DNA of 64,000 nt from Lama glama (taxonomy: Eukaryota): NCBI GenBank assembly GCA_028534125.1, contig CM052816.1, forward strand, positions 59,646,001 through 59,710,000, read 5' to 3'. The translations under genes and the position numbers were made by a program. The notes beneath the pieces are model-generated. The model was not told the origin of the DNA. It saw nothing but the letters and a program-made list of their open reading frames with translations, and made no database searches. Positions 1 to 13,295 of the stretch are shown here, one piece after another; the first letter of the stretch is position 1; each line of letters opens with the position of its first letter.

Positions 1-234
1 CCTGGCTTCCTGCAACCACCACAATAAAGCTAGGTGTCTGTCCTTCTCCCTCCCTCCTCTGCCTCCTGACCAACCCTGGTGCTTCTTCCCCAGGTGGCCG
101 TGTGTGGTGTGTGCCACCCTTTCCTTTTGAGAATTGTGAGTGACAAACTCTATCTTTTCAATGGCAACTGTCTCCTGATCTGTTGACCTCACCAAATCTG
201 AGTAACAACAAAATCCCAGGTACATTTTTGAACA
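1..234 (+). mobile_element. 3' part of an old ERVL-class LTR (MER74/MER73/LTR53-like), cut by the window edge
   Basis: GTGTGGTGTGTGCC and TGTGAGTGACAAAC segments resemble remembered motifs of this LTR group; ends in ...TTGAACA. Family is tentative. Confidence 0.4.
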
Positions 235-1430
235 ATCCAAAGCAAGAGAAATGTGTATTCAGAAGTCTCCAGTTTCTGGCAGGATCACCTTGAGCACTTG
301 TATCTCAACCACTGAGAGCCTCAGTCTCCTCCAAAAAACTGAAATAGTAGAGCCATGGGGAGGATTCATACACATGAAAGCACCCATCACTGTTAATTTA
401 ACTGTTCAGTTAACTGTTAACCAAAGTTTGTCCCAGCATTTGTTCACTCACCTGGTCATTCACTGCTATCCACCTGTAACCTACAAACACTATTCTATTA
501 TCACCTTGTTTGTGCTGGTTAATTCTGAGTAAATTAGTAAATTCTGATATCTTTCCAAATGCCTATAACTGCTAAGCACTGCCATAAAATCTCACTCTCT
601 TTTTCACCGTGTGTGACCATACAGGGTCCCCTCTCCTTGTGTCGCTTGCTTGATTTCTGCCACAGCTGCTCGAAGGTCATGTCACTTTCAAAAAGGCCAG
701 TCCCCCCAGGTCTGCTGACATCTATCAACTTTTTCAGGCAATTTTGTCTGCAAAAGAGGAGTCAAAAACCTTCTGCCAGGTAGCAAAAGAAATCACACTT
801 CTGGCAGATAATTAGTCAAATAAACATCCGAAAGCTGCAGATCATTTGTACTGCATTACAGACTTTGTGCATGTTTTACCGCCTACAGGCTTCTAATTAG
901 GGAAGAGGGGCTGATAAATGCTAAAACAGAGAGAGATTTTTTGAAATCAGAGAGCTGATGCCCTGGCCACTGGCGGGACAGAACTCTCCACGAAGATCAA
1001 CGGAAAGAAGGAAAATGAGCAGAAAAACTGAGGGTTGCCGAGCTTCCGGGCGGGGCCAAGTCTGTGACAGATGGCAAACGGGGCAATCTCAAGGGAGACG
1101 GTGAGTCCTGCATTTTTCCTTGTATTCCTGAGGCACGGGACTAAGGAGAAAACGGAGAACTTGCCAAGAATTGTGTAAAAGGAACTGGCACCAACCACAG
1201 GATGGGGTCAGAGGAGACACTGGCCACAGAGAGCCCAAACCTGCTCGCTGACTCAGAAGTCCTGTCCATGATGAGGTCTCTCTTTTTTACATATGTGGAC
1301 AATTCCACCGCATTTGTGTCATGGTCATTTGAAATATTTTTCAAAAATTTGGTAAACTCTGAAGAGCTATATAAAAGAGGTTATAATCGATTACAGAATT
1401 ATTGTGCTTCTGCCTCCTGCTTGAAAGAAT

Positions 1431-2625
1431 AAGCATGAATGTTTAAGAGCAAAACAACCCAATTCAAAAATGGGCAGAGGACCTAAATAAGCAATTCTCC
1501 AATGAAGACACAGAAATGGCCAATAGGCACATAAAAAAATACACAATATCACTAATTACCAGAAAAATGCAAATCAAAACTACAATGAGGTAGCACCTCA
1601 CACCAGTCAGAATGGCCATCATTCAAAAGTCCATAAATGATAAATGCTGGAGAGGCTGTGGAGAAAAAGGAATCCTCCTACACTGCTGGTGGGAATGTAG
1701 TTTTGTGCAGCCATTATGGAAATTCATAAAAAAAAATAAAAATAGAATTACCATATGATCCAACAATCCCACTTCTGGGTATATATCTGGAGGGAACACT
1801 AATTTGAAAAGATACATGCATCCTAATGTTCACAGCAGCACTATATACAATAGCCAAGACATGGAAATAACCTAAATGTCCATTGACAGATGACTGGATA
1901 AAGAAGTTGTCACATATTTACACAGTAGAATACTACTCAGCCATAAAAAGGACTAAAATAATGCCATTTGCAGCAACATGGATGGACCTAGAGATTGTCA
2001 TTCTGAGTGAAGTAAGCCAGAAAGAGAAAGAAAAATACCATATGACATCACTCATATGTGGAATCTTAAAAAAAAAAAAAAAAAGGACACCATGAACTCA
2101 TCTACAAAACAGAAACAGACTTGCAGACATAGTAAACAATCTTATGGCTACCAGGGAAAGGTTGAGGGGCAGGGATAAATTTGGAAGTTTGGGTTTACGA
2201 ATGTTAGCCACTATATATAAAAATAGATTTTAAAAAAGTTTCTTCCGTATAGCACAAGGAACTATGTTCAATATCTTATAATAACCTTAAATGAAAAAAA
2301 TATGAAAACGAATATATGTATGTATAGGCATGACTGGGACATTGTGCTGTACACCAGTAAGTGACACATTATAATGAATGTACATCAAAAAAAAAAAAAA
2401 AAGCACAGGCCCCAGAAGCAGATTAAGTAGGTTCTAATTCCAGCTTTGCCACTTGCTGTCTGTGCAAACTTGAGCAAGAGGCTTGACGCTTTGAATCTTC
2501 AGCCTCTGCCTGCAAAATAAATAAAATAGAGCTCCTGTCTCACTGGGTGGTTGTAAGGATTAGAGGAGGTTTGAATATAAATCTTTTAGCACAGGACCTG
2601 GTACATAGTAAGTGCTCAATAAATA
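1431..2625 (+). mobile_element. MIR SINE split by an L1 insertion (parts ~1431-1451 and ~2399-2625)
   Basis: Rejoined sequence GTTTAAGAGCA|CAGGCCCCAGAAGCAGA...TTTGCCACTTGCTGTCTGTGCAAACTTGAGCAAG...GGTTGTAAGGATTAGA...ACATAGTAAGTGCTCAATAAAT follows the MIR consensus. Confidence 0.8.
1452..2398 (+). mobile_element. 5'-truncated LINE-1: ORF2 C-terminus remnant, 3' UTR and poly(A)
   Basis: ORF 1883-2095 (WIKKLSHIYTVEYYSAIK...MPFAATWMDLEIVILSEVSQ) is the typical L1 ORF2p C-terminus. Poly(A) starts at 2387. Flanks are AAGAGCA (1445-1451) and AAAAGCA (2399-2405). Confidence 0.95.
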
Positions 2626-4009
2626 TAACTTAATATTTGCCCAAACTCTTCCATTTTTTGATGTCAAGAAACTTGCAGGGATTTTCCTGAGGCCCAAGCC
2701 TCTGATACCCGGACAAGGCTTTCTCTAAGTGTGGGTGTGTCTGTTAACTTTCATGGGAGGGCTGAGTCTGACTAGGAAATTCCTGTGATGTTCCTGCAGA
2801 AGTGTTCTAATGTTTAATGTCATTGTTTTAATATTACACCACATTTATGTTATAGATCTTGGATCAGAGTCTACGATTTACTCCTCTGTACAGTTACCAG
2901 ACTCTTGGACTGATCTAGAGATTTCTGGAGTATTATATGGATCTCATGCCTTGCCTTGAATCATTATTACCTAATTAACAATTTAGTGATTTTTTTTTTC
3001 AGTTAGTACATACCTGGTATAGAATTTCGCCACATAAATTCATTTAAGCCTTTTGATGGTAAGCTTGAGGACCTGAGTGACTTCTAATTTTTTAAATTTG
3101 TTTGTTCTTTGTTAAAACAGTCCCCATGTTGTGCATGTCGTTCATGTGAGGGCTACTCCTAGTGAGCCATGCCGCTAGTCACCATGCAAATCAATGTAAA
3201 TATAAAACCGCCTTTTATTTTATATTTAAAAGAAATATTAAGAAAAATCAGGTGAAATTCTCTCTGACTTTAAACATGTTCTGTATGCCATAGGATTTCA
3301 TAACCCTGGAACTTAAATCTTGAACTTCTCCAATAAGCAAAAGAAAATGGCCCTAAAAAGTACTTATTATTTTTCAAACTTCTATTCTTCTGCCTTTTCA
3401 GGTCTCCAAAAATCAACAATTTTGCAACAGTGTAGTACTCACTCTACCTGTTGTTGCTGATAGAAGACACACCCACTGCTAATTAGTTTTGGACAGGAGT
3501 CTCATTTGAGCAACTAAAATATTCCCCAACCCCATCAAATAGGATCCATTCTTTATTTGTGAATAAGAACTCCCAGAATCTGGGGAGCAGAGGTAATCAG
3601 AGGGTCAGGATATACGTTGAGCCCCAGCCAGGCTCCCACGCTGGAAGGTGGTTTATGTAAGAAAACCAGGCATCTCTGGTGTGAATTTAAGAGATGAAAA
3701 GAGGACTGAACCTGCCAGGCAACTGGTTTTCATCTATAATGAAGATGGTTGTGTTCAGTGGCCAAATCATATCATATAGGATACATGCATTAACACATTC
3801 CGACTACTAGAAAGTTGTATATTCTAAGACACTATCAACACTGTATTTACTGTGTATATTACTACTTCAGTGAAAACTGGTAGACAAGAGAATCAGCAAT
3901 ATGATTTAAAAGTTCTCTCTAGATGCTCTCAGAATGAAGGAAATTACTATAGTCCTCTGAATTTTTTTGCTAATTGAAAAATATTTTAAATCCCCAGTTA
4001 TTTTGAAAA

Positions 4010-4620
4010 TATCACTTCTATAGAAAAGTTGAAAAGCAATTCAATGAACATCCATTAACTCTTCACCAAGATTCTGCAGTTGTTAACATTTTACCACATA
4101 TGTATATAGCTGTATCTTCATAGCTCACTTTCAAATATTTCAGCTTGTATCTCCTAAGAATATGGACATTTTTCTAGCTAAATAGTACTATTTCACCCAG
4201 GGAAATTAACATTTATTTTGTAATATCTAATGTGCTGTCCACATTTAAATTTCTCCAATTAACCCCATGATTTATTTTATAGCAGTTTTTAAAATCCAGG
4301 ATCCAATCAAGCTATCACATTGTATTTGGTTATGTGCCTTTAGTCTCTTTTATCTTAGAAATTCCCATCAATTCCTGCCTTTTTTGTTTTTCATGACATT
4401 GACTTTTTTTTTTTTTGAAGAATCCAGGAGCTATCTTATAGAGTGCCCCACACTCTGTATTTATTTGATTGACTTGTCATAACTACACTACTTCTAAACA
4501 TTTTTGGCAAAAATACTGCATAAGATGAATTGCTTATGTTAGACTGTTTCACGTGAGGGGCACAAAACGTCAGATTGCCCCTCACTTGCAACTGTGATAA
4601 CTTTGAGACTGGATTTTGCT
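4010..4620 (-). mobile_element. Old L1M (L1MC/L1ME-type) 3' UTR fragment
   Basis: AATCCAGGATCCAATCAAG...CACATTGTATTTGGTT and TTTTTGGCAAAAATACTGCATAAG are characteristic antisense L1MC/ME 3' UTR motifs. Confidence 0.7.
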
Positions 4621-5585
4621 GAGCTATCTTAGAGTACAGTCTAGGGACCATTGGAACCAAGACTTCTGGCCTTTCCCTTCAGCACGCTGCCTTTCCATAG
4701 CTCTCCAGTGAGACTCACCCTATCTGACACTGCTGGGACTGGGTGAGGCCAGCCAGGAATGAGCAGTAAGGGTAATGCTGGAGAAACTTCTCTTTGGAGC
4801 CACCAGTTTGTCTAATAACAGATTAAATCAATCCATTCAGGAGAAAGCTTGCCTGGCACATGTTAAGACTTATCCTCATAATACTAGATTCTCCCAGTGA
4901 AGATGGCAGACCATGTACTGGCTGGTTCTCAGTTCTTGGCATGACTGGGTGGGCAGTGATATACCCACTGAAGCATTACTACTTTTTGGTTTTGTTCTTT
5001 AAAAATATTTATATGTCAATCGACAATTTAAGCAACCAAATAACTAAATGGCGGAGATCGAAACTACAGGGGTGGGAATTAACATTCTGTGAATCACCAA
5101 GTCAAACATAACCCATTCACTGCCACTGATGTAAACATGTTATTCCAAATTCTTAGCTCAGAGTTACAGAAGCTTGTCATTTTATGGGTCCCAAAGCTCA
5201 GCCTGCATAAAACTGCCACAACACTCTTGTCTGGAGACAGTTCCCTTAAGGTTACTCAGGAGGGCAGGCCCAGAGAGTTTTTCTCACTATGTACAGTACA
5301 TTGAAACGGAAGCCAAGACGAAAGGCTCAACTGGTTTGCTTCCATCTTCCTGGAGAATGATGTACAAGAAGAACAAAACATTTAACTACACTGGAGAATA
5401 TTCCTAATCTGCTATGGCAACTAAAATCTGACTGTGTCATTGGGGAAGTGCTGTTAACTCAAACTGCGGTAACTGAAATTCACGCCTATTGTAACTGTGC
5501 AAAGCAAGGACTCCCTGCCCTAGAGAAGCGAAGAGGCAAGAATCAGACAGTGAGACATGAGACAGGCAGCAACCACAGGGGCAGC

Positions 5586-6220
5586 TGTTACACCCAGGGA
5601 TGAGGAATACAGGGAAATTTGGGTATTTTTAAAGTCAAGAGACTCGGAGGAGGAGCCCCGCAGAAGTGAAGAGCAGTCTTGAGGCTAATTCACCTGTTGC
5701 TCTGGGTAAGGAGCCGATACTACAAAGACAGGGACCAGAACAAGTAGAGATGAAGAAAGAGCAGGACTATTCTCCCTCCCTCAGCCTTGCAGCCTCCCCC
5801 AGGCCCCTGCCAGCAGAGAGAACTTGGAGCTGGTACAGGAGGACTGTCTGTAGTTCAAAGAGCTGTAGCCTCATGAAGCGGAGAAGAGAAGGTGGGTTTG
5901 GAGCTGAGACACGACGCTGCATAAGCAACACAGTTCCAGCCTGGGTCAGGGCTGCTCTTCATGCCTGTGCAGATGCAGGGGACCATGGAGAAGCTGTCAC
6001 TGGAGCAGAGTTAGAGATGGGCTTGGCAGCGGCAAGCAAGGGCTTTGCTGGCCTCACTGCCTGCAGGGGATGGCAATTGTGACATTTTAGCATGTTAGTC
6101 CTCTTTGTAGTCTTGAGCCCAGGAGTGGCAGGAGAGTCGAGATGCGAAGAGGAGGAACCTGTATATGGTGACCTCATAGGAACTAGGGATGTCGGACACA
6201 GCCCACAGGGAGCAGTAGCA
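5586..6220 (+). mobile_element. Possible ancient LTR relic (family unresolved)
   Basis: Begins TGTTACACCCAGGG, has a purine-rich body and is LTR-sized; no clear TSD. Confidence 0.25.
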
Positions 6221-6529
6221 CCTGGCTGATCTTCGTCATGGTGCCCTGTGCTGTGAATGCTGGAGCATGGCATGGAACACTCACCCAAGGTTGTTGAATA
6301 CTCAGGGCTGATCCTGAGGTCTTACAGTGAAATACCCCTGGCTGGACTTGGTCCCAGTGTAACCCTAGTGTCCTTTCTCTGGGTCTGTAAGCTTTAACTC
6401 AACTCTAATAACCAACGTGTCCATAGTTTTTCTCTTTTACCACAATAAGAATGATACATACTTGGACAGAACTTAACATCTTTCAAACTACCAAAGTTCT
6501 TGAGCTTACTTATTCCATGAAGCAAGTCT

Positions 6530-6650
6530 GTAAGATGTGCAGACAGGAATATTAGCCCCATTTTACAGATGAGAAAAATGAGTCTTTGCACTTTTAAGTA
6601 AATTGGAGCCTGGCCTTCTTACTCCTAGGCTCTTGCTCTTTCTTCCCTAC
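6530..6650 (-). mobile_element. MIR fragment
   Basis: ATTAGCCCCATTTTACAGATGAGAAAAATGAG is the antisense MIR core. Confidence 0.7.
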
Positions 6651-9600
6651 TGTGTCACCCTCCAAACCTAATCCAGATGACTCCCTCTGAAAACATCAGG
6701 GATGAGCCCAGAAGAAGTTAACTTCTGCAAGCCTGTCCCTCTGTCTGCCATCGTTCTTCTTCAGGTGGTTGATCTGTGTAAGGCCTTCCATGCCAGAGAC
6801 CCTCTGAAGTATCACAGGGTCTACAATAAATCTGGCCAGCTTATTTACATCAGTAATGGACTTTAAAAGATTCCTAAGGCTTGCTTTGACTCTGCTGTTT
6901 TTAAGAATATACATGTTGAACAGAGATCCTTATTTTGGCCTTCCTGAAAGGAAGAACTCATACATAATATTTTTACTTAGGCTGGAATTATTTTCTGTGT
7001 ATTCCTATTTTGACTGGTACTTGGCACACTGACTATGAATCATCTACATTTCTAGAACCCTATCAATTTGCAATAGAATTAAATTAGCCTAGCTCTTAAT
7101 GAGCTGTTATCAGTGCAGAGAAAGTTTGTTCCCAAAGGGCACACTTTCTGTTAAGACAAATGTCCACATCCCAAGTAGAAACTACTCATGGGATCTTTAG
7201 CAGGATGCTTTACAACCATTGGTCCAGCTCTATTTTGAGCATGGAGGAAAGGGTCACAAAGTCAAAGTGATAGTCCTCACTCTAAGCTCAGATTGTCCTC
7301 AAAGCACCTGGCCAAATTCCAAACAAGAAGAAAAGACAGTGATGACAGTTTCAGAAAGAAGAGGGGAAAAAAGTAGCAAAATTATCTCTCTGTTCCCAGG
7401 GGCGAAGAAAGCCACAGGCTAACTTTTCCCAACAATTTAAAACCCACAGCTTTACAATTTCTGGAGACACCGCCAGGGTGTCTGTGGCAGAGTCAGAAAT
7501 AGAAGCCAGGTGTCGGCCACTCATTTTAGTGCTGTGTTCTGCAACCGTCGCGCCTGGAAGCCGCCTGTTAACATGCACCGATTCTGCTGCCCTTGATGCC
7601 TCTGGATACTGGAAAGCTTTCAGTATGACTGAAGAGCCCATCCCATGTGTGTTACAAGAATCCCTCATGTGCTTTGCATTTATTACCATTCCAGGGTCGT
7701 CTCTGTTACTGTCGATGCCCCTGCGATCAGATTAATTGTAAGCAGACCTTGTTCTCAAATTGCCAGATCAGGCTTTTGTTGACCTAGACCTGAAGAGAAA
7801 GAAAATACCCACCTCCTGGACTTTCAGGTCCTAAAGAGATGTAGTTGGTGCACATCCTGTTACATCAAATGTAAAGAGCAGAGGATGAAACAGTCTGCTA
7901 AGGGCTTCACAGCACAGCGTTCTCACATCGCTGGCAGCCAGTAATAACTCGGAGAGAGGGCATGGTGACAGAACCTCAGAGTCCTGCTTCTCCTCTTCCT
8001 GGAATGGTGATCACTGCTGAACGTTCTAACAGCATTTCACAGTGGGCATGCGCTCTCCCACTTGTCACAGTAACCGCTGGGCACTGCTACATGCTATCCC
8101 CATCATGATCACTCTCTTATTAGCCAAGAAGCTTGATTTTTAGAAAAGGCAAGAATCTGAGGCAATTAGATCTGTTTCTGCACCTGAAGAATCTCTTGGG
8201 TAGAAGTGGCCAGAGTGAAATCCAGCTCCTTGTTGCTTAATCAAGAGTCCTCCAAACATGCTTTCTCTAGGAAATCTTCCCTCTCTAGACTGATGACTTT
8301 CTTCTTAACTACATACAGAATTGTTCACTAATTGTGTTACTTTTGCAGGTTGCATCCTCACTTCCATCTGGGGTCTGATAGGGCAAAAATTATACTTACA
8401 ATTTTTTGACATGCCTCTTTCATTGTCCTGGGCATGTGGCAGATGCCCCAGAAGTTCTTGTTGACAAGTGACGGATTACTGGCTTCCTTGCAAGTCCCAT
8501 AATTTTCTCTCAGTTCCCTTCACCAAGTTCCCATACTCGATTTATAGTTTATAGTTACCTCATGTAGTTCTCTATTTTCTTAGTGTATGTGCTCCACTAA
8601 AAATATTTCTATGCAATTTGGAGTTTTGTAAAGTATGTCTTGAATCTGTCTGCTGCTATTCACCATGACAATACATAAGCTCTATGAAGGAAAAAAAAAT
8701 CTTTTTTTTTAACACCAAAAATAACCCATGTGTATTACACAGTAGTAATTCAGAAAATTCTTTTCAGTGAGTAATTGGATAATTTCAAAGTCATCCCAAA
8801 GTGTAAACTCATGACCTCTAAGAGGAGTTGGGATAGCTGATCCACTGCCAGATTTTCCTCTGGGTATTAGGTGGTACTTAGCGGGAGAAAGAGTACTCAG
8901 GTTCTCAGAGCCATCTCTTCCTAGAGAACCCAGATGTGGATTCAACCACAAATACATACACCTCCAGACACACAAAGGACATTTACATTACCGGGGACAA
9001 ACCTTAGAGTTTCTTCTGAGGACTAACACCTGTGCCATCTACAATGTTCTTTCTGAATTTCTAAACCATTTAATGTCACTGGTACATAGTATTGGCATCA
9101 ATAAAAATGAATGTATCCATTTAATGGTTTTGTGAATGCTCCCTTATAATCTGACAATGGTGATGCTTTCACGAACACTTCATTTAAAATGAGTAGATTC
9201 TAAGCAGCCGGACAATACTCTGAATTTCTGCAAGGCATCTGTCAACCATTTCAAATGAAGGGCAATTTTCAAGTTTTTTTTTTCCCCCACTTTGCTTTTT
9301 GTTTAGAATTTTGGGCTTTTTTTTTTTCTTTTTTGGTTGGGGAAGGAGCTTGCAAAAATTGAATTTAAAACAGAGTTGGGCTATTTTCTCTGGCAAGATT
9401 TCATCTGGTTAAGGTCAGTGAATAGCACCTGCTTGTCTTGAGAACTTGCATGAACAGTACAGTTACGGGTTTATTCCGTACCTAATGTCAACAAGTTGTC
9501 TCAAAAAGATGCCCACAGGGAGGGCCCTCATCATCTGTCATCTGGGGTCTGTCTGCTCTTCTGGCTACTCTGGAAGGCCATCTGGCTACTTAATAAAACC

Positions 9601-10054
9601 AGTACATCTCTTGGGTCTGTTCAGTGATGCCTACATGCAATTTAGCTTTTTCATAGACTTTCCCATATTGGCCGTGACAAGCACACTGTATGCTGCCCAG
9701 AAAATGTGCCTTGGTTGTTGTCTATTTTCTCTGCTCTGAGTCCTGGAAAGTGTATATAAGGGCCTCATGTGTATAAGCATAAACATATCCAATGCGTAGT
9801 CATTGACAGTGGGAGAAAGGTATAGAACTGTGTTCTTGGCCATTTTCAAGGATGTTGAAAGCAGAGTCTGTACTTTGTGTTCCTCTGTTCGTAATATGAA
9901 AAAGACTTGGGGTGGGGTGGAGTTTGGCTATGGAGTCAGTAACTTGTTCCAAGGACACTACACAAAGCATGACTGTATGGGCCTCTTTGAGCTTCCTGCT
10001 AAGTCCCTTCCTGTAAGCTGGACTACAGTCTGTCTTCAAGGCCTAGCTCGAGGC

Positions 10055-10230
10055 CCATATTTATTCAACAACATTCACCAAGTATTTTATTGATTACCTA
10101 CCATACGTCTGACAGTAGGCTAAGTATTGGAGAGAGAGTGAAAAATAAGACAGAAAATTTTTGGCCCTCAGGGAACTTAGATTCTGGTGGGAGATGTGAA
10201 ACAGACGAACAACAAATCAACCCATCAATG
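10055..10230 (-). mobile_element. L2 3'-end fragment
   Basis: ATTTATTCAACAA...TATTTTATTGATTACCTACCAT...AAATAAGACAG matches the antisense L2 tail. Confidence 0.65.
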
Positions 10231-10239
10231 AGACAAGCA

Positions 10240-11000
10240 GAGCAGGTACTATGGGTGCCCCCTCTTTTCTCTTCCTCCCCCCAGGTCCCCTTGCCCTTGG
10301 CATTCACTTCTACACGCTGTTTACAGCCAGTACTTGTGACTCTGCCTGAGGGCTTTTTTTTTTTATGGTCAGGAGTCTGTGCTTGGCCCATGAACAGAGT
10401 AAGCTGGAAAGGCTAGAATATTACAGCTACTCAGTACTTCCCTGCCATTCAGGAGGGACAACTCGGAGGTATGTTTTACACTGCTGTCAGGAAAAACTGT
10501 CAAAGATTTCGAAATAGGCAAAAGACATTCTTTCAAGAGAATTCTAGGCGTGGTCTGGCAACCCTCAGGGTTTTGTCTATTTTCTAAGGGTGTGCAACTT
10601 GGATTGTCTGTGACTAGCTACCCCACTAGTCTGCAGGGGCACACGTTAGCTCGTAGGGCCTTGATGGTGATGCCAATGTTTCCCGCTTATGACAAAGTCA
10701 GTGGGTTTTATTCAGCAGAGAATGAGTTAAATTTTCATTTGAACTTGTTGTATTATCTTACTGGGTCCCTTAATAATTGATGAGTTAAACAAAATCTTTG
10801 GTACATATTTATACTCTATTGGAATGATTTTGCCTTTGGAAAACTGTCCGTCAGTACCCTCTTCCTGAGCTCCCCAGCAGCACTGCGCTCCCCTTGGCTT
10901 CCCTCCTTTCCTGTCTCACTTCTTCATTCCTGATCTGGGGTTAGCTTCTAAAGAAAAAGTTCCTTTACTTCAGAGTCTGTTTGGGGGGGAGGGGAAGCAA
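10240..11000 (-). mobile_element. LTR16-like ERVL LTR, apparently interrupted at ~10500-10850
   Basis: GTGACTCTGCCTGAGGGCTT, GGGACAACTCGGAGGTATGTTTTACACTG and TTGGCTTCCCTCCTTTCCTGTCTCACTT resemble antisense LTR16 motifs. Confidence 0.55.
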
Positions 11001-12889
11001 GGCAACAAGTAAGTCCTGCTCCCTGCATTCCTGAAGCAACAGACCCATACCTCCCTGCCCTTTTCTGCTAGAATACCTAGACTCTTCTGTGAACTGTTTT
11101 GTGTGAAAAGGGGAAAGAAGGTGCTAATTACTTTAGAGGCTGAGGTATAGAGACAGAAAAAATAGGAGTCAGGAGGGTATAACAGCAGGAGGTCAAAACA
11201 CAGAGGACCTGAGGATGCAATCCAATCCCTCCAGGACAGGAAGTCTTCCCTGAAACTGCTAACCTTAGGAGCTGCTTAGAGGGGAGTCAGTTTCTGACTC
11301 TGGAAGGGGCAGAGCTCGATGTGTAGTGATGGTCCAGGGACAGAACTGAAACTACAGGAATATAGAGGCAGAGAAAAGGATAAGGAAATCATCTTCATTT
11401 GGGAGCCTCAAGGCAAGTACAGTGAAAATCTTTAAGAACAGGAAGGTCCTAACCATCAAAAGTGTGGCCGTCTGATTGCTTTGTGTGCCTGATTTTTTTC
11501 TTCCTCAAGAGATTCTAAGATTCTAGAATGGGGCTATATATGAAAATCTTTTTCTGTCCTTTTTAGAGACTTAGCACAACGTGGTGCCCCTAGTCTTTGT
11601 TGAACTGTAATGAGTAGTAAGAAATCAAGAGTTAGTGGTATTAATATACCAGATTTATGCAGACAAACTAACAGGGAACCGCCATTAACTGGAGAATCTA
11701 TAATCTAATTCCGACTGGGTTTGCCATGTAAACTAGATCACCTTTAAATGAATCATGTGGAGGTTCTAAAGACTCTTGGGTTTTCTAAAAACTCTATGTC
11801 AGTGTTCCAGGGATGCAGGCAAGCAGGGGAAGGTGGCAGACAGGAGTGTGATAACGCTATAGCAAAGCCAAACCAGCTAAAGGATATTTGTCTTCTTATT
11901 TGTTGAGGCAGGCAGCAGTACCAACCCAATTTGTCTACGAAATCAACTGCTTATAAATCAAATAGAAACTGGGCTCAATCGTGTTTTACCACTTTGGAAT
12001 TGGAATTACATCTGCCATACACCTTTTTGCTCATTCTGGTCTTGCTTGTGATATTGATAAACCATTACCAAGTTGGAATTTCTCCCAAGACTGAACATTT
12101 TGGGGCCCAGACTCTTTCTGCCCTGGGGTAGAAGACTGTCTAGCGAGCAATAAAACCTTACAAGAATCTTGTTCTTAGTGATATTTTTAGTAGAGTGAAC
12201 CATTCTCATCCATAGAGAAACATTTTGGCTTAAAAATCTGTTTATTCCTACTGTGGGTTTAAAGAACCAGCATTACCATCTATGGAAAAATAAGGTGGAC
12301 ACGAGAGTTGAAAAACTGTCCCACAGATTGATGGATAGGAATATAAGTGGGTAAGTATATAATGGATAAGAATATAGGGAAGAAATAGCTGGGTTCTCTT
12401 TTTCATCTGGGTTGTACTTTACTGTGGATCTATGTTGAGGAATCTCAAGAAAGCAGGGAAAATATATTGATGAGATTGTGTTCTACAATTCATTATAATA
12501 TATGTTCATTCTGGTTTCAAGAGAGCTTCTTTTTTTCTGGTGGATCCTGTGTCAAAATTAAGTGATTGGTCAGAATATCTAAACAGGTGATACATTTCAC
12601 TGGCATGAGCCAACTGAAACTTCTACCACCTGGAGAAATGTGACTATCTTAAAGCACCAGATCCTAGTTCAGAACCCAGCACAAAGGAATGTTCAGTTAA
12701 TCTTTGCTGAATGGCTGATAAACACACCCTTCAATCTGTTCTCTGTGGATCATGGGCATCGTGACCTGGCATACTGTCATTGCAATGCAGTCCCTGGACT
12801 AGCAAATAGGGAGGAAACATTTGCAAAACAGCCAGCTTCATTGCCAAATAAAGAACCATCGTTTTCAGCAGGAGAAAGACCACTTTTAT

Positions 12890-13295
12890 CTTGCACCAGG
12901 CTCTCTCACACTCTGGCCATCTGTCCATCCCTCAAATAGCCATGCTCTTCTCATCTCTGGATTGTGCATATGCTATTCCTGCTGCCTTCAAATGTATCCC
13001 ACCTTCACTTCCAGTTTCAGCTTAAGTGTCACTCTGAGAAACCTTTCCTGACCTTCCTAATTAAGAGAAATCTGCCTACTGTGCTCTCTCATAGCACTGA
13101 GCACCTCTCCTCGGTAGCAATTAGCACAGCTGTGATCTTGATGTTTGGGCTGTTGGTTGATGTCTGCCCCTTTCCTCCAAGTAGCTCCATCCAGGCTAGA
13201 ATTGTGTCTGCTTTTCCTCACCAGTGTGTCCCTAGTACCTAGCATGCTGCCAAATACTTAGTAGACCCTCAGATACTTGTTGAATAAATGGCTTA
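12890..13295 (+). mobile_element. L2 3' end
   Basis: GCATATGCTATTCCTGCTGCCT...AACCTTTCCTGACC...CCCTAGTACCTAGCATGCTGCC...TACTTGTTGAATAAATG. Confidence 0.8.

Noticed and set aside
1883..2095. 70-aa ORF with clear protein similarity
   Set aside because: LINE-1 ORF2 C-terminal remnant inside a truncated L1, not a host gene.
6696..6914. Protein-looking minus-strand ORF (SITDVNKLARFIVDPVILQRVSG...)
   Set aside because: I could not match it to any protein family, and no partner exons were found. A BLASTP/TBLASTN search would settle it.
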